From Haliotis cracherodii (lineage: Eukaryota), in NCBI RefSeq assembly GCF_022045235.1, contig NW_027266267.1, positions 35,154,001 through 35,218,000 on the forward strand: a DNA stretch of 64,000 nucleotides. Direction: 5' to 3'. Positions 25,586 to 39,638 of this stretch are shown here, one piece after another (the first letter of the stretch is position 1; every line of letters begins with the position of its first letter). The position numbers and the translations under genes are program-made. Below the pieces are notes generated by a model. The model was not told where the DNA came from. It made no database searches and saw only the letters and a program-made list of their open reading frames with translations.

Positions 25586-28068
25586 GACATGCCGTAGTAA
25601 TAAAAAAAGTCCGCCTCGGTGGGCGTGGCTAAAATGTTTACATTCATTGGGAAATGAATGCAATAACACGTGACCTATTCAGCTAATCAGAATGAACACA
25701 ACGAAAATTGAAATATTCAGTAATATCACGAGCATTTATTCATGTCAAGAACATATAAAAATGAACGGATATAATCGGAGAGGTTATCTTTTAATTGAAG
25801 TTCGACTTGATAATCCATAGGATTAGAGAACTAGTGTAAGACAACTAAATATACACACACGCAAGCGTTGACATTGATAATTTTGCACAAATCTAAGTAC
25901 AATGATTGATACAGCTTGGTACTCTTCCTGTGTTCTCAATAACACATACAGCAAAATATCTGTCCTATTTTGTCTATCTTAGTTGTCATACCAGTGCGAT
26001 CTCTCCGGTTGGATATATAAACGCATATAATGTATCCCTACTGAAACCAAAGATACTTATATCAAACAGAACAGTAATAGCATCTTCAACGTATCGAACA
26101 GCAATAACATAGTTATCTTAGCAAAGAAAATTTTATCAAAACCAGTATTCCTCTCGAATACCTCCCGAACTAGTCTGTTGACTATATTTCATATAAAGCA
26201 ACAGTGTCATGTTGAGATACAAAAGAAGCAAAGCCAATATCGGACTGTTTGTAGGTTAAACCTTCTATATTCCAAGTAATGTAAAATATGCATTTGACTG
26301 TTGACTCACAATAACAGCCCTGGCCATCCCGTTATTTCCCTGAGGCTGTCTTAAGTTTGACCTTGACCGCAGCACTCGCTCCTGATCCGCAGCTGACGAT
26401 GTTCCTCTTGAGTTGCGATCTGCGACTTGGGCCGACTACTGATACTCATACCTTCCAGAAAAGAAGCTGGCATGTCCTCAATAACGAGCCTGCCATTCTT
26501 ATAATAGCCCCTCTTGTTCTCAGATTTGAGCAAAATCAGTTTCTAACGCTATCGCTATTTACGAATAATTACAACAAACCAAATGTACACTATATTTCCA
26601 ATCAATATTTTACAATAAGGGGCGATATGTATGATATTATTATTGTTTACGTTAAGGGTTGCAGGTTGTTACTCTTAATTTTGTTGTTGTTTGTTACATA
26701 CAGAGTTAACACATAACCCTCAAGGTTAAATGTTTTACATTTAGAGTATACCCTTTTACATTAAGGGTCGTAACACTGCTATAGAAAATCCGAACTTCTT
26801 TAACAAATTCAGGCGACAATGGCCCAATGGTTTCCTGAAGAGAAGGTGGTTGCTCACGATAACGGACACCAGGGCACACATGCACACATGCAAGCAGATT
26901 TGATTTTCTTTCAGGTGAGCTCCAGATTAGTGTGTATGTGCGTGTGTGTTGGGGTGCATGGTTATGTGCATGTGCGTTCGCGAGTGCGTGTGCATATGCA
27001 TGTGCTAGTCAGAACTTTTACATGTTTTAAGGTGCTGGCCTACTGTCATATCATGCCTCAACCTGGGTCTTCGGCGTGACGACCACATGGCTACCCACCG
27101 CTCCAATTCAGAAAACAGATACTCTTGGACCCATAGTTCAAGAGCTTACATGGTGGTAGTTTGCTCTTATAAATTTGCACAGTTTATCTGAACATGAAAA
27201 CATCTAATCTAAGCATATAAACATTTAACATGTGTGTTTGTGAAAGACATGACAAGGGCGCAACAAAGCGATCTGATACCACAACGGGCACAACAATATA
27301 GAATCAATGTGGAATCATTGTCGTTATACAACTTTGAAATGACATTGATATTTGGTGGAATTTGAAAGTTGAAATGAAGTCGAAATGTCGACATGGAATC
27401 AACATCAGACATTAATGTTGAAACAATGTTTGTTATGGTATTGGTTGAATATTGGTTCCAATGATCCATAATTCTCTAAACACTATATTTACAGATCAAA
27501 GAAATTCCCAAATGCTTCTCCGTTGTAATGCTAACATTTAGGACGCTTTCAGTTCTTTGACTCTATACTTGCAGGATAAGCCTTTTTTATCTAACAACAG
27601 GTAGAATGAAAACGTTGTTTTTTCTCAAAAACACTTCCCCATGTATGCTGTCCTAACTTTAGTTCCTGGCAATCTATAGCACATTTTTATCTTTTGTTGT
27701 TAAGTGATTATTTACTCTTTAAAATGGTCCCAAATTGTTTTTTTAAAATTAAATATGTGATACATTACTAGCTATGGTACTTTCTATCGCTATTAGGGTA
27801 TAATATATTATTAATGTGTCACATTTTCCCGTCACAATATGGCTGAAATACTGCCGCTGTGACTATGAAAGTTAACTGACTTAATCACTCAAACACAACA
27901 TGCCCACTCAACCAAACTCACTCACTCCAGAGTAATGAAGGCATCCGGTCGAAAACGGAAAGCACATTCATATTACACGAAGTCCGTGACATAACTTTTC
28001 TGATCTATATATATTTTTTTTTTATTGTATTGTAGAAGTTTTCATCCAAATAAAATCTTCTGCTTCTG

Positions 28069-28638
28069 AACAATATTGCGTTATACCGAACAATACTGAA
28101 GAATGTTGATCAATAGTGGGTAACACTGAGTAATACTGAACAATACTGAGTTATACCGAACAATACTGAACAATGTTGATCAATAGTGGGTAACACTGAG
28201 TAATACTGAACAATACTGAGTTACACCGAACAGCACTGAACAATGTTGATCAATAGTGGGTAACACTGAGTAATACTGAACAAAACTGCGTTATACCGAA
28301 CAAACTCAACAATGTTGATCAATAGTGGGTAACACTGAGTAATACTGAACAATACTGAGTTACACCGAACAATACTGAACAATGTTTATCAATAGTAGGT
28401 AACACTGAGTAATACTGAACAATACTGAGTTATACCGAACAACAATGAACAATGTTGATCAATTGTGGGTAACACTGAGTAATACTGAACAATACTGAGT
28501 TATACCGAACAATACTGAACGATGTTGATCAAAAGTGGGTAACACGGAGTAATACTGAACAATACTGAGTTATACCGAACAATAGTGAACAATGTTGATC
28601 AATAGTGGGTAACACTGAGTAATACTGAACAATACTGA
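28069..28638. repeat. 70-bp minisatellite, ~8 copies
   Basis: TTA(T/C)ACCGAA recurs at 28081, 28151, 28221 and 28291. Confidence 0.92.
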
Positions 28639-30537
28639 CATGTTTATTTGTTTGTTTAATTGCTAATATTCCAGCTATATGAAGATGGCCTGTCAATAAT
28701 CGCGACTTGGTTGACGTTTGTCATCGTATTCCAATTTCGTAAATAGATCCTCATGATTTCAATCACTGGATTGTCATGTCCATACTCAATTATTTACAGA
28801 CCACCGTCATCTAGCGTTAAAAAACACACAAACAAACACAAAATAATTTTAAAAAACTAATTGAAAAGGAGATCGGATGGACCGTAACCTGGCTGGTTGT
28901 GTGTTGTTCCCTGTGACTTGGGACTTGGGACTATGGTATCAACTACTGTTTCCTTTTCCTTTTCCCACCCTCTGACTGGTGTAATGCAACAGACAAAACA
29001 TTCAACGTTTGTACTGTCGGGTTGCTGCAGGCCGAGCGTACAGTCATATTTCCTCGAGCTTATGTTCTCATCGTACAGATGCGATCGTTTATTGATATAT
29101 TCATAATGTGGAATTTGTTGTTTAGACGGTTTGGCAATTCACGTATGTTATATAGGCGTGATGAATAGCACGCTTAATAGAGTAAAATATATATCACCAG
29201 GATCTGCTTGGCCTGATTTCATTGATTACGAACCTTGGGTTCTTACTTAGCACGGTGAACTTGTTTGGGGATTCAGTTACTTTGTGGAGGGTCACTTAAA
29301 CGTTGGTGGAAAGTCGGAACTTACGCATGTGAAGTTTGACTATTCTTACGAGCATTGAATATTAGGTTGGAGAGTAAAAGAACACAGTTATTCAGGTGAG
29401 GCATATTTATTTGATGCCGAAAGCAGATAAGGAAGTAAAAGCCACATGTTAAAACAAAACTTGATCAACAGGTTTGACAACATAAAAACGACTGTCCTAC
29501 TGACCTATGTGTGGAAACGTAAATGATTGAACAATAGGAAATAGGAAAACAATAAGGTCAAAATCAAATAAGTGTAATTTCTGCACACTTAAAACATTGA
29601 AAACATGACACAGGGGAGCATGCAGTACATTTATAACTGATTGCATAAACATCAGCAGCAAGAATCATTTTGTAAAACTACAAAAAGAACTCCCAGTATG
29701 CAGTATGCTATGTTTTTACCTTGATACCTGTATACACGAGCTTACAATCAGTTCGATATGAACATGATCAAATGGAGTTCAGATATGCTTCATAATAACC
29801 AACATTTTGTTATATTCAAATCCGTTAGGTCTGGCATATATTCGCTTGAATTGAATGTTTCTGTAGCAGGCACAATTATCCTTTGCTGAGGTGCTTTGTA
29901 TGACGAAACCTTAAATGCGAAGTATATAACTTGCTGATAAGCGATACAATGTTACACAACACACAAATAAGATAATGTTGATTTGAGTTCCCCGAGGTAC
30001 GCGGTGGAGGAAAACCACTTTGAAACCGTTTCACATCCCTGTTGCAGTATTTTCCTGCCATACTTGAATCACCTGCCCCACTGAAATTTTTGAAATATTC
30101 TATCACGATTTTCCTGGTATATTCATATTCGGTTTTCACAAATATTTTAACTGATCGCTATTTTCCGCTAGTTAGACATTCGTGATACGATTGAAAACAA
30201 CAACGCATAATGTAGCCAAATATGTAGAATGACGTTTTTCAAACAGGCCCATGCGATACGCCCGGAGTTGGAACATCCAAAATAAATATTTGTTGCATTG
30301 AAATAAGTATGAATGTCAAAAGCATGACAACCAATACGACCAATATATATAACACAGCAGAGAAATGTCCTTGCAAAAAGCTTGAACAATATTAAAGTTT
30401 GAAAAATGTGAAAAAAATAAACGCACAAATATTCGTCAAATGTGTTATAGATACTAGTGTCCAAAAGAAAGTATATACAAGCTAACAAGTTTTTAACTAT
30501 TTTGATCACTTGAAAAAATCAATGTAAATTAAGACTT

Positions 30538-30538
30538 T

Positions 30539-30582
<44 letters not shown>
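30538..30582. repeat. (CAT)n microsatellite
   Basis: Seen directly; shorter paralog at ~46158-46189. Confidence 0.95.
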
Positions 30583-31281
30583 TTATTGTATTCAGGCCAT
30601 AGGCCCATATACATACAATAATATTATATATATATATACAATTTTGTACATGTACAAGTATAAACATGCAGACTTCTATGCAAAGAGATGTGCACATGCA
30701 CAATTTTTTATGAAAAATAAATCGCATTACAACACAACAAGAAGAGATTAAAGCATTTGATTAATAAAGGCAAATAACCTCAAGAATAATTAAACATCAT
30801 TTGTACAAAGACGGTTGCGAAGTCGTAAACCATAATTAACGTATAGGATAGTATTCTTTTGTTGCTCGTTAGATATTTCATCAAAACGGAGGAGCTTAAT
30901 TAGTGTCTTAAATATGTCGCACGAAGACAACCAAATGTATTTTGTGACAAAAAGTAGAAGAAATGAAATCTTTTGTAAAAATCGTGTATTTTGCCAAAAC
31001 GACTTTGGCTATGAAGAGCGACATGCACGTGCAAAAGTGCTGTATAAAACTGAGAATACGGTACGTTATGGAGACATCAACCAAAAGCACGTTTAACATC
31101 TGTACAGAGGGAGAGACGCGTTGGTTGGCGCAACAAGGAGCCACTCACGCCACCCACGCCACCATGTCGAACAAGAGCTGTGACAGTGATATTGTGAAAC
31201 GTGTCATTGTTGACCACCATGTGTCTTTGTGTTTCCGTCGATCGTAAAGTGCTTGTTTGAATAACATGAGCAGTTATGCAC

Positions 31282-31451
31282 NNNNNNNNNNNNNNNNNNN
31301 NNNNNNNNNNNNNNNNNNNNNNNNNNNNNNNNNNNNNNNNNNNNNNNNNNNNNNNNNNNNNNNNNNNNNNNNNNNNNNNNNNNNNNNNNNNNNNNNNNNN
31401 NNNNNNNNNNNNNNNNNNNNNNNNNNNNNNNNNNNNNNNNNNNNNNNNNNN
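31282..31451. other. Assembly gap
   Basis: N run. Confidence 0.99.
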
Positions 31452-31603
31452 TTTTTTTTATTTCAAATTCTTCCAAAATCTTGTTATACTTTCTTTTGGG
31501 CATTAATTGAAATAACACATCTTCTTACATACTTAATAACGGCTGCTGAAATTGGTTGATATTGATTGAGTTATATTTACCAACAATGTGTAATTAATTA
31601 TGT

Positions 31604-31894
31604 GGGGGCACGGGTGGCCCAGTCGTCTATGGCGCCGCAATTCGCTGTGCAGAGTTTTAGTCCTTTGGGCGAGCCAGAAACCTATGATTCTGGGTTCGAA
31701 TCCCGGTTCGCCCCGATTATGTTTCTAGGATTGTCAGCACCATACCCATGCTCGAGGGTTTCACCAAAGTGGTAAACGTCTAAGGCATGCCCCACTTCGA
31801 GATTTCCTCCCACATTAAGCTGACATGTCGTGATATAACTGGAATACTGTTAAAAGCGGTGTAAAAAACCAAACTCACTCACTCACTCACTCAC
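31604..31894 (+). mobile_element. SINE-like element with (CACT)n tail
   Basis: B box GGTTCGAATCC and 3' end shared with family 1; deleted paralog at ~47089-47291. Confidence 0.6.
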
Positions 31895-33267
31895 TAATTA
31901 ATTATATACTAGTATTACATCCTGGTATAAACAGAGACGGGACTAAGATTCTATTTACCATCTACAATAATAACCCTAACTTTCACTCAGTAATAACCAA
32001 TGTCTTGAGTGTAAGAATTACAGCTTTCTAGCTACAATGGCAGATATAATTTATCAGTGATGTCATTTGATTGTGACATCAGGGCAATGGTCTGCAAAGA
32101 TTTTGAGGCAGGTGCATTGAAGTGATGTTAGGTTTAGATGAAAATCCCAGCTTTACTGATGCATGTCATATATGTTTAGTGGAAACAATGACATAAATAT
32201 ATGTTGCAATTGAAATAAGTATAGATGCTAACAGAATTATATGATAATAACCTAAAACATATATGTGTCCATCAAAACAAATATTAAAGTTTGAACAATT
32301 TAAAACAACATAAAACCACAGTGGTAAACTACTTAACACATACAGAGGAAAGTGTTAGTTTTCTCAGTTTAAGAAGCAGTCTTACATATGAAAAAAGACG
32401 TCTCATGACTTTCTCATATGTATGACACATATAAAACAGTTACACGATAGTATAAACATAACGGTTTTGAACAGCTCACGATGTGAGCTAACACCAGAGC
32501 GTTTACTCTGGACTCAGTACTGATAATGCTATTTTCTTCTTTAATGTGACATTTAACAGTAACACTAGTCCTAAAATATATGTACAGATGGGCAATTCCA
32601 AAGTAACTACATGATAGTGTTGTTTTTCAAACTGTTCAAACCCGTTCTCGTATTGACCACATTTCAGGCATGGATTGCTTACATCTGCATATTGTCATTG
32701 TATTTGTCATGGCAATTGAAATCAGTCGACCGCGATGTAAATTATAGTGTATTTGTATTCCATTGTTTTAGAATCATTTTCATGAGACGGCTGTGTCAAA
32801 ATCAAAACTGAACGTTTTCAGTATTTTCCTAACCGCCATCAGTCTTTGAAGCCATGACAACCGATAGTACATCTGGATTACATTGTTGATCAGTACAGTA
32901 CACTGCGGTTATGACGAACTCAAAGGGACCTCTAATTTTAGTTCGTTATAACCATATTTCGTTATAAGTATATATGCGGCAACAGGCCGGGGTCCAAAAA
33001 GAATAAGTTTTATCTGTTAGTTCGTTATTAATTAGCATGTTCGTTATAAAGGTAGTTTACTGTACATTTATATCAACTTACCCTACATTGAAATAATGTC
33101 TGAGTTCAACGCAGAACTATTCACAGTAGAGAGAGAGCTATACACAACAAGGAGAACACCCAAAGGAGCAGAGCCCCATTTGAATTTGTTTGTCGAACAC
33201 ACGTGGTGAGCGTTGTGTCGCCCTAGAACATCGGCTGCACCGAATTAGCTGACGTCGCTTCCTCTAT

Positions 33268-36200
33268 TTAGATTTCACTATACTCATTGTCGGCTTCGGA
33301 CCAAGTACTATCTGCAACAACCAATGTGTTTATGTCATCCGCACATATTCCATCCAAACATCAACGTTGTCTTTCTGTCATAAATCCCTCAAGGGATGTT
33401 ACATTTTGTAGGTAAGTTGTTTTACGCCTCAGTTAAATATTCCTGATGACATCCTTTAAATAGTCGAGTCTGGAGTAGACAAACCGACGGTTACTGTTAT
33501 AGTAAATGTTCCACGTCGTTGGGCAAAGATGACATACTATGTACCAAGTTCGTTTGTTTGCTGTTTGCTGTTTAACCGCGAATATTACAGCTTTTTGATG
33601 GGGTCTGTAAACCATTGATTATGGACCAGACAACACAGTGACTGATATCATGAGCATCTAAAACATTCGGATCCAATGACATGACATGCACAAGTCGCCG
33701 ATTCTAACCACTCGATGCCGTTAGTTGACAAATCAACTAAGTCACCGAGCCAGACCATCCGACCCATTCAGAGCCTCTTACGACAGACGTGGATAAGGAG
33801 ACGCATTCTAACCCGTTGTCCGGTCAATCGCACTTCCGTGTATACTTACTCGTTCCGTTCTTTGTTTTTTCATGGACATGTCCGGTACGGCATACAGATC
33901 ACCAATGTTCACAGCACCGCCTACAGCTGACTGGTGTTTGGGTGTCGTGTCCGGGACGCCGTACTTGTCACCATCATTGACAGCTCCACGTACAGCTAGC
34001 TGGTGTTTGGGTGTCTTGTCTGGTACGGCATACAGATCACCAACGTCGACAGCGCCGCCAAGAGCAGGTATGTGTTCGGGTGTATTGTCTGGTACGGCAG
34101 TTGAATATAGAATTATGGTGTTTATATTTCAACAAGTAACAACATATTATTCTCCCTAGATATTCTTTCTGAAATTAGTAAGCTTAATTTAGAAGGCAAC
34201 ACTCAAACTATAATCACAATTTGAATACAATAGTCAGATATGTGATGAAGTGAAGAACACCATAACAGAAAAGACTTACAAGTGAAGAGCACCTTGTTGT
34301 CAACAGGTTCAACTTGGTATCTGAAAAGAAATATCATATTGTTTTTAAGTTATTGCTCGTTTCAACACTGGGAAAAATTTGAAGGAAAAAGTTTCAACAT
34401 TTTCATGAATAATATTATTTTTTTCACATTTGAGGCGTTACCATTGATCTGTCAACTTGTGTCATCGTATCCCAAAAGGTGATGGGCGTTACCCGCAGTA
34501 TCATTGGTTGGTTGGTGTGTTGTTTAACGCCACACTAAGAAATATATGACTAAGCTATATGACGGCGGTCTGTAAATAATTCAGTATGGACCAGACAAGC
34601 CAGTGCTGAATATCATCAGCATCGATCCGATCAATTTGGATCGATGACATGCATCAACCAAGCGTGACGATCCGATCCCGCTTGTCGCCTCTTACGACAA
34701 GCATGGCCGCCTTTACAAAGCATCAATATCTAATGTGTCTATTTATAGTCCATTGTCCTCCAACAACTTAGAATCAACGATCACGCTTATTAATACAATA
34801 CAAATTTGAAAATATTTTAGAACTACCTGTGGATACAAAAATGCGCGTTTTTTTAATCAGTTACATTATAAAAGAACAATTGTGAAGAAAATATTTGAAC
34901 GACGAATTAACCATGATCAGGGTTGATGATGCGACCGTTGTTGTGTGTGTTAATTATATTAATGAATACTTTTAAATGAAGGCGACAAGGTCACCCATCT
35001 CTATCGAGAGTATTATGATGAAAACAATTAATTAACGTATTATGTACTACATAAATGCGGTAAAACCCTTTTTTATATTTATAAGATATCTCCGTCAAGT
35101 CGATTGCTTGATTACTTTTTATGAAACTGACATTTAATCTTCACATCTGAAATGCTTTATAACGCTGTCATGAATGTTCAAGTTTGATCTTCAAATCACT
35201 TAACATCAAATTAGAATCTGATATCAAATAAGTCTTATGTATTCTGACGGTCATCAAAGAGGTGTAGTTTACCTTCTTGTGACGTTTCCCTTTCTTCTCA
35301 TCCTTACAACACATACACAGATAACGATTATAATGAGGATGACGATTCCTCCTCCTGTCCCAGCAGCGATATCTTGAAGAGAATAGAAATACTGGGCTAG
35401 TAAGTATATTGTCCTTGATCTTGGCACATGGATAAGCCTATATAAGTACATTTATGAGTTTGTATATGTAAGCAATGAGTATAAGTACTGAATTATCTAA
35501 GACAAGATAACTTTTACGTGAAGAGAGTCCATGCTGTATACACGCAGATAGAGATGGTGACGTCCGTCTATGAGGAGCAATGATACGAAGTTACTAGTAT
35601 TTAATTGATATTGTTTCACCATACAATTTAGTTTGATTGGGAAGTTTTCGAAGCACAGTAAAGATCTAGCTCCCAGGGGGGCGGTTGGGTAGCCTAGTGG
35701 CTAAAGTGTTCGCTCGTCACGCCGAAGACCCGGGTTCGATTCCCGACATGGGTACAATGTGTGAAGCCAATTCTGGTGTTCCCCGCCGTGATATTGCTGG
35801 AATATTGCTAAAAGTGGCGTAAAACCATATTCACTCACTCTCAGGCACACTATAGTAAAATTGGAATAAGTGAAGTAAGATTAAACACAGTTGTAATTGG
35901 CTAGCGCTTTCAGCTCGTACAAAGTATGAGGCTCATGAGGCCATAACTGAATAACGAACATGAAGTTATGTAACGCGTAACTCGATAGATACGAGTAACC
36001 TTTTATGCAGAACTGTACAAAACTAGGCATACTAAGCAGAGATGGAGATTATATATGAGTACTACATTTTTAAGTTTCTGAATATCAGTAACCTTTAATT
36101 GCCACCATGGCCAACTAACATTAGAATTCAGCTGATCCAACATTTCTTCGGTTACCCGATGACGTTAATAAGCACGTAATAAGCAGTAATGGGTGTATGG

Positions 36201-38384
36201 TCCATGTTTTTTTCCGTGCCAATTATCGTGGCGTGACGACAATTTTGCTGACTCTGTTATTTATAATAATTCATTCGTTTACAATGGCAAAGCTAAGTCA
36301 ATATAAGACATTTAATAAAATGCCGCACCGAAATAATGGGGTTGATCTATCACAATATCATGTGAAAACTGCAATGTCTAGAGAGCTATCACAGTACTGT
36401 CTGTTTTAAATGTACATTCAGTGCACACTGTTGCTATGTCTTGCTATGTCCTGGGTCAGTATATGGTTTTGTTACATATTCATGAATGTTTCTAAATATC
36501 ATATATATCGTACCCAAAGGTTAGTATGACGACTAGTACACAACTACCTTGATTGTCGTTGCTCGGGGCAGAGGTTATCTTGATAGTTGTAAGATTTGCC
36601 AACGTTGTCAGCTGTGAACTTCTCTTATAAGTAGTTCCGTGAAAGCCTGACGACATAAATAATATATACAGATAATTATGAAATTTGCTCGCTCACCACA
36701 GAGGACATAAAATAACACACTTCTATAGTTTGAATATTCCGATAGACGAGCCACATCATGTTCAATTTAGTGTGTTTAGGAACGGGCGTTCGAACATTTT
36801 ACATACAAAGTTACTAAATTTGTGGATAGCTGAAACATGTATTAGGTTAATGACATACAGAGGATTATTAAAACAGATAACATGTCTTTCGCTGGCATTA
36901 GTGTAAATGACATCACTGGTATCAATACAATGATTCTCTAAATATATAATACATCGTCAGTTTCACTGATACAAATCTACCATGATTATCGCTGTCTGTG
37001 GTGATCGTTGTTGCTGAATCAGTCAGTGGTGTAGTTGACTTATCAGTAGTCCCAGGAATGACTGCATACATAAATAATAAATATTATTTGTGACATTTAC
37101 TAGCTTAATATCGATACACATGAACAAGCGATTTTATATTAACCGCCTCCATGGTCAACCGGTTAGAGCGTTTGTCCAGAGAGGGGAAGATCGGTGGCTT
37201 TGACACCAGGCCAGGTCATACGACAAGGCATAGTATTCTCCTTGGGGAAAAACACGGTTTTGTCTGTTCGGAGTTAGTCTACTGTTTCTGAATGGGGAAT
37301 GCATTTACACCGCACCACGCTATCTGAGGTATCACTATGAAACAGGCATGTGTACTGACCAATACAAGCAACCACACACACACACACGCACACACACACA
37401 CACGCACGCACGCACGGAAGCACGCACGCACACACACATGTACACACACACACTCACACACGTACATGTACGTCGCTATATAAGTGGAGTAATGATGGAC
37501 GCGACGTAACACATTTCACCTCACTCTCCGAAAGTGCTAATACCGTATGCATCTGTGGGTGACCGATTTATAAAGTGCTTAATTTGTAGATGGCGTGTTC
37601 ATAGTTCTTGAACATTTACGTATGGTTCCCAGGTATATATTTCATGAATCAGTTACATCTGCATTCGTTCTTGCACAATATGTTATAGTATGATGCATGG
37701 GATCAGAAAGGACACGCTGATATAAATAAAGGAGTATGAGCGCATAACAAAAAGATCATACCAAACGTAAGGTTGTTGCTGACTCTAAAGCGTTGATCCT
37801 CACATCGCCACACAGTGCCAGCATTGAGGTATTGAGTTGTAGTTAGTGTCATGTTGTGCTTGTAGTCACTACAGCTTACACTGACATTATTTGATGTGAA
37901 TAGGTCGTAACGATATGCAGGATTATTGGCTGTATAATTGGGTGGGTGTCTGGTACAACGATGACCTACAAACACTGACGTGAAAACTCGCTCCTCATCT
38001 AAATACCAATGTGTCAAGGACATGTTGATAGTGGTGTTGATGGCACTGCAGACTAAGGTGACATTATCGCCTGATTGGTACTGAGTGAGTTGTAGAGGGA
38101 GACCACCTGTAACATTCCAAGATACAACCACAATGAGGAGCAATCAGAACACAAACACGCAGTGGTATTTGTTGTCGTTCTTCATGTACTTACAATACCC
38201 AAATAACTGTAACACTCAAACATGAAACAGATAGGATATAAAGTGGTACAATCACTATTAAATTACACCTACGACATCCTAATGGTTCTACCCTTCGCAT
38301 GATTAGAAATTCAAACCTACTGTTATTTGTGTACGCAATCCATCCTATACACAGTAGTGTAATCAGGTGAATCCTGGTGTCCAT
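33268..38384 (-). CDS. Ig-like receptor copy F (tail type II, lacks the NPxY exon)
   Basis: Leader 38384-38321, Ig 38106-37762, stalk1 37061-36981, stalk2 36646-36548, TM 35372-35273 (100 nt, phase-2 end), 41-nt exon 34320-34280. Candidate YAVP-repeat exon 34088-33850 and terminal segment 33311-33268; distal splicing is uncertain. Confidence 0.7.
35676..35840 (+). mobile_element. SINE family 1
   Basis: A and B boxes, (CACT)n tail. Confidence 0.85.
37372..37461. repeat. Imperfect (CA)n/(CACG)n microsatellite
   Basis: Seen directly. Confidence 0.9.
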
Positions 38385-38763
38385 GTTTTTTTCTAAATCA
38401 ACATTCTTTTAGGTTTGGTTGAAATAACCCGACGGAAGTTACTACACATGACATACACACAGAGCAGCATGCAGCATTCTCCGCGAGCAAACACGAGCGC
38501 TCCACCAAATATGATATACATCCTTATAAAGGAGGAACTATTCCTACAACCAGCATTCAGCTGTTTTTCCTGGTTTAGGTATACACGAATACATACCTGT
38601 TATATTTGTATAAGTGGGTAACAAGGACAAATTCGACATGTACGTTCTGAAGGGTTGGTGTTCGAAGTGGGATTGTACTATTTTTTCCTGACTAGTACAA
38701 ACAGCCACACACAACAACTAACACTGTGATATAATCTTGAACGCAATGTTAAACTCCTTTTCA

Positions 38764-39638
38764 TCATACACTGACATCCGTTGAAGTGAAAAGGTCGTAA
38801 CTATATGCATAACTATCGCCTGTGATGTTGGGTGTGTCTTTTGCACAGACATTCCCTGCAAACACTAACTTGAGAACTCGTACGTCATCCACATACCTTT
38901 GTGTAAACTCCATGTAGATAGTGGTGTCAGTAGTGCTGCAGACTAAGGTGACATCAATGCGCATGCCCACCTGCAATATTCCAAGGTACAACAAGCACAT
39001 GCATGAAGGTACTGAGTATTGAGTTGTAGTCAGTGTCATGTTGTGCTGGAGGTAGCCACACCTTACGCTGTCATCCTTTGATGTGTACAGGACGTCTCAT
39101 TATCAGCTGTAATGTTGGGTGAGTGTTTGGTACAGACATTACCTGCGCACACTGACGTGATAACAAGCTCCATATCTTTATCAATATGTAAATTACATGT
39201 CGATAGTGTTATTGGTCGGGATTTTCACTCTTCAATACCTGTCATGTTGGAATTCCCACGACGTGCACAAACAAAAGTGGTAAGGGAGTACTTTTCAATG
39301 CTTCGATCGCGATACAATTACACGACATACACCATATCTATACGTATATAATAGATAATTCAATACTTTGTATAATGTTGGTTGGTTGGTTGGTTGGTTT
39401 GTTGTTTAACACCGCACTCAGCAATATTCCAGCTATATGTAAATAATCGAGTCTGGACCAGACAACCCAGTGATTAATATCATGAGCATCGATCCACGCA
39501 ATTGGGATCGATGACATGCATCAACCAAGTCAGCGAGCTTGATCACCGGATCCTGTTAGTCTTGACACAGGGAAACCTACGTGTGTCCGTTATCTGTCCT
39601 ATCAACAACAGAGTAGTCAGGTATACGAAACAGCCCAT
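38764..39638 (-). pseudogene. E-type Ig paralog 2 (leader plus truncated and deleted Ig exons)
   Basis: Leader 39638-39581; Ig remnant (DVTLVCSTTDTT..NVCAKDTPN..YDLFTSTDVSV*) has Trp to Arg and stops before the F-strand Cys. Confidence 0.7.

Noticed and set aside
28069-28638. CRISPR-like regular array
   Set aside because: Contiguous tandem units without unique spacers, no cas genes, eukaryotic context.
30506-30727. Poly-Asp ORF
   Set aside because: Translation of the (CAT)n microsatellite.
33433-33615. Tyr-rich ORF (IYYNS..VYSRLDY) as a tail exon
   Set aside because: Overlaps SINE-derived sequence (CCAGACTCGA core); the YY is not kept in the G paralog; no convincing in-phase acceptor.
33872-34159. 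Plus-strand repeat ORF MDMSGTAYRSP.. (also 49265-49552)
   Set aside because: Antisense shadow of the YAVP repeats; splice signals and gene context favour the minus strand.
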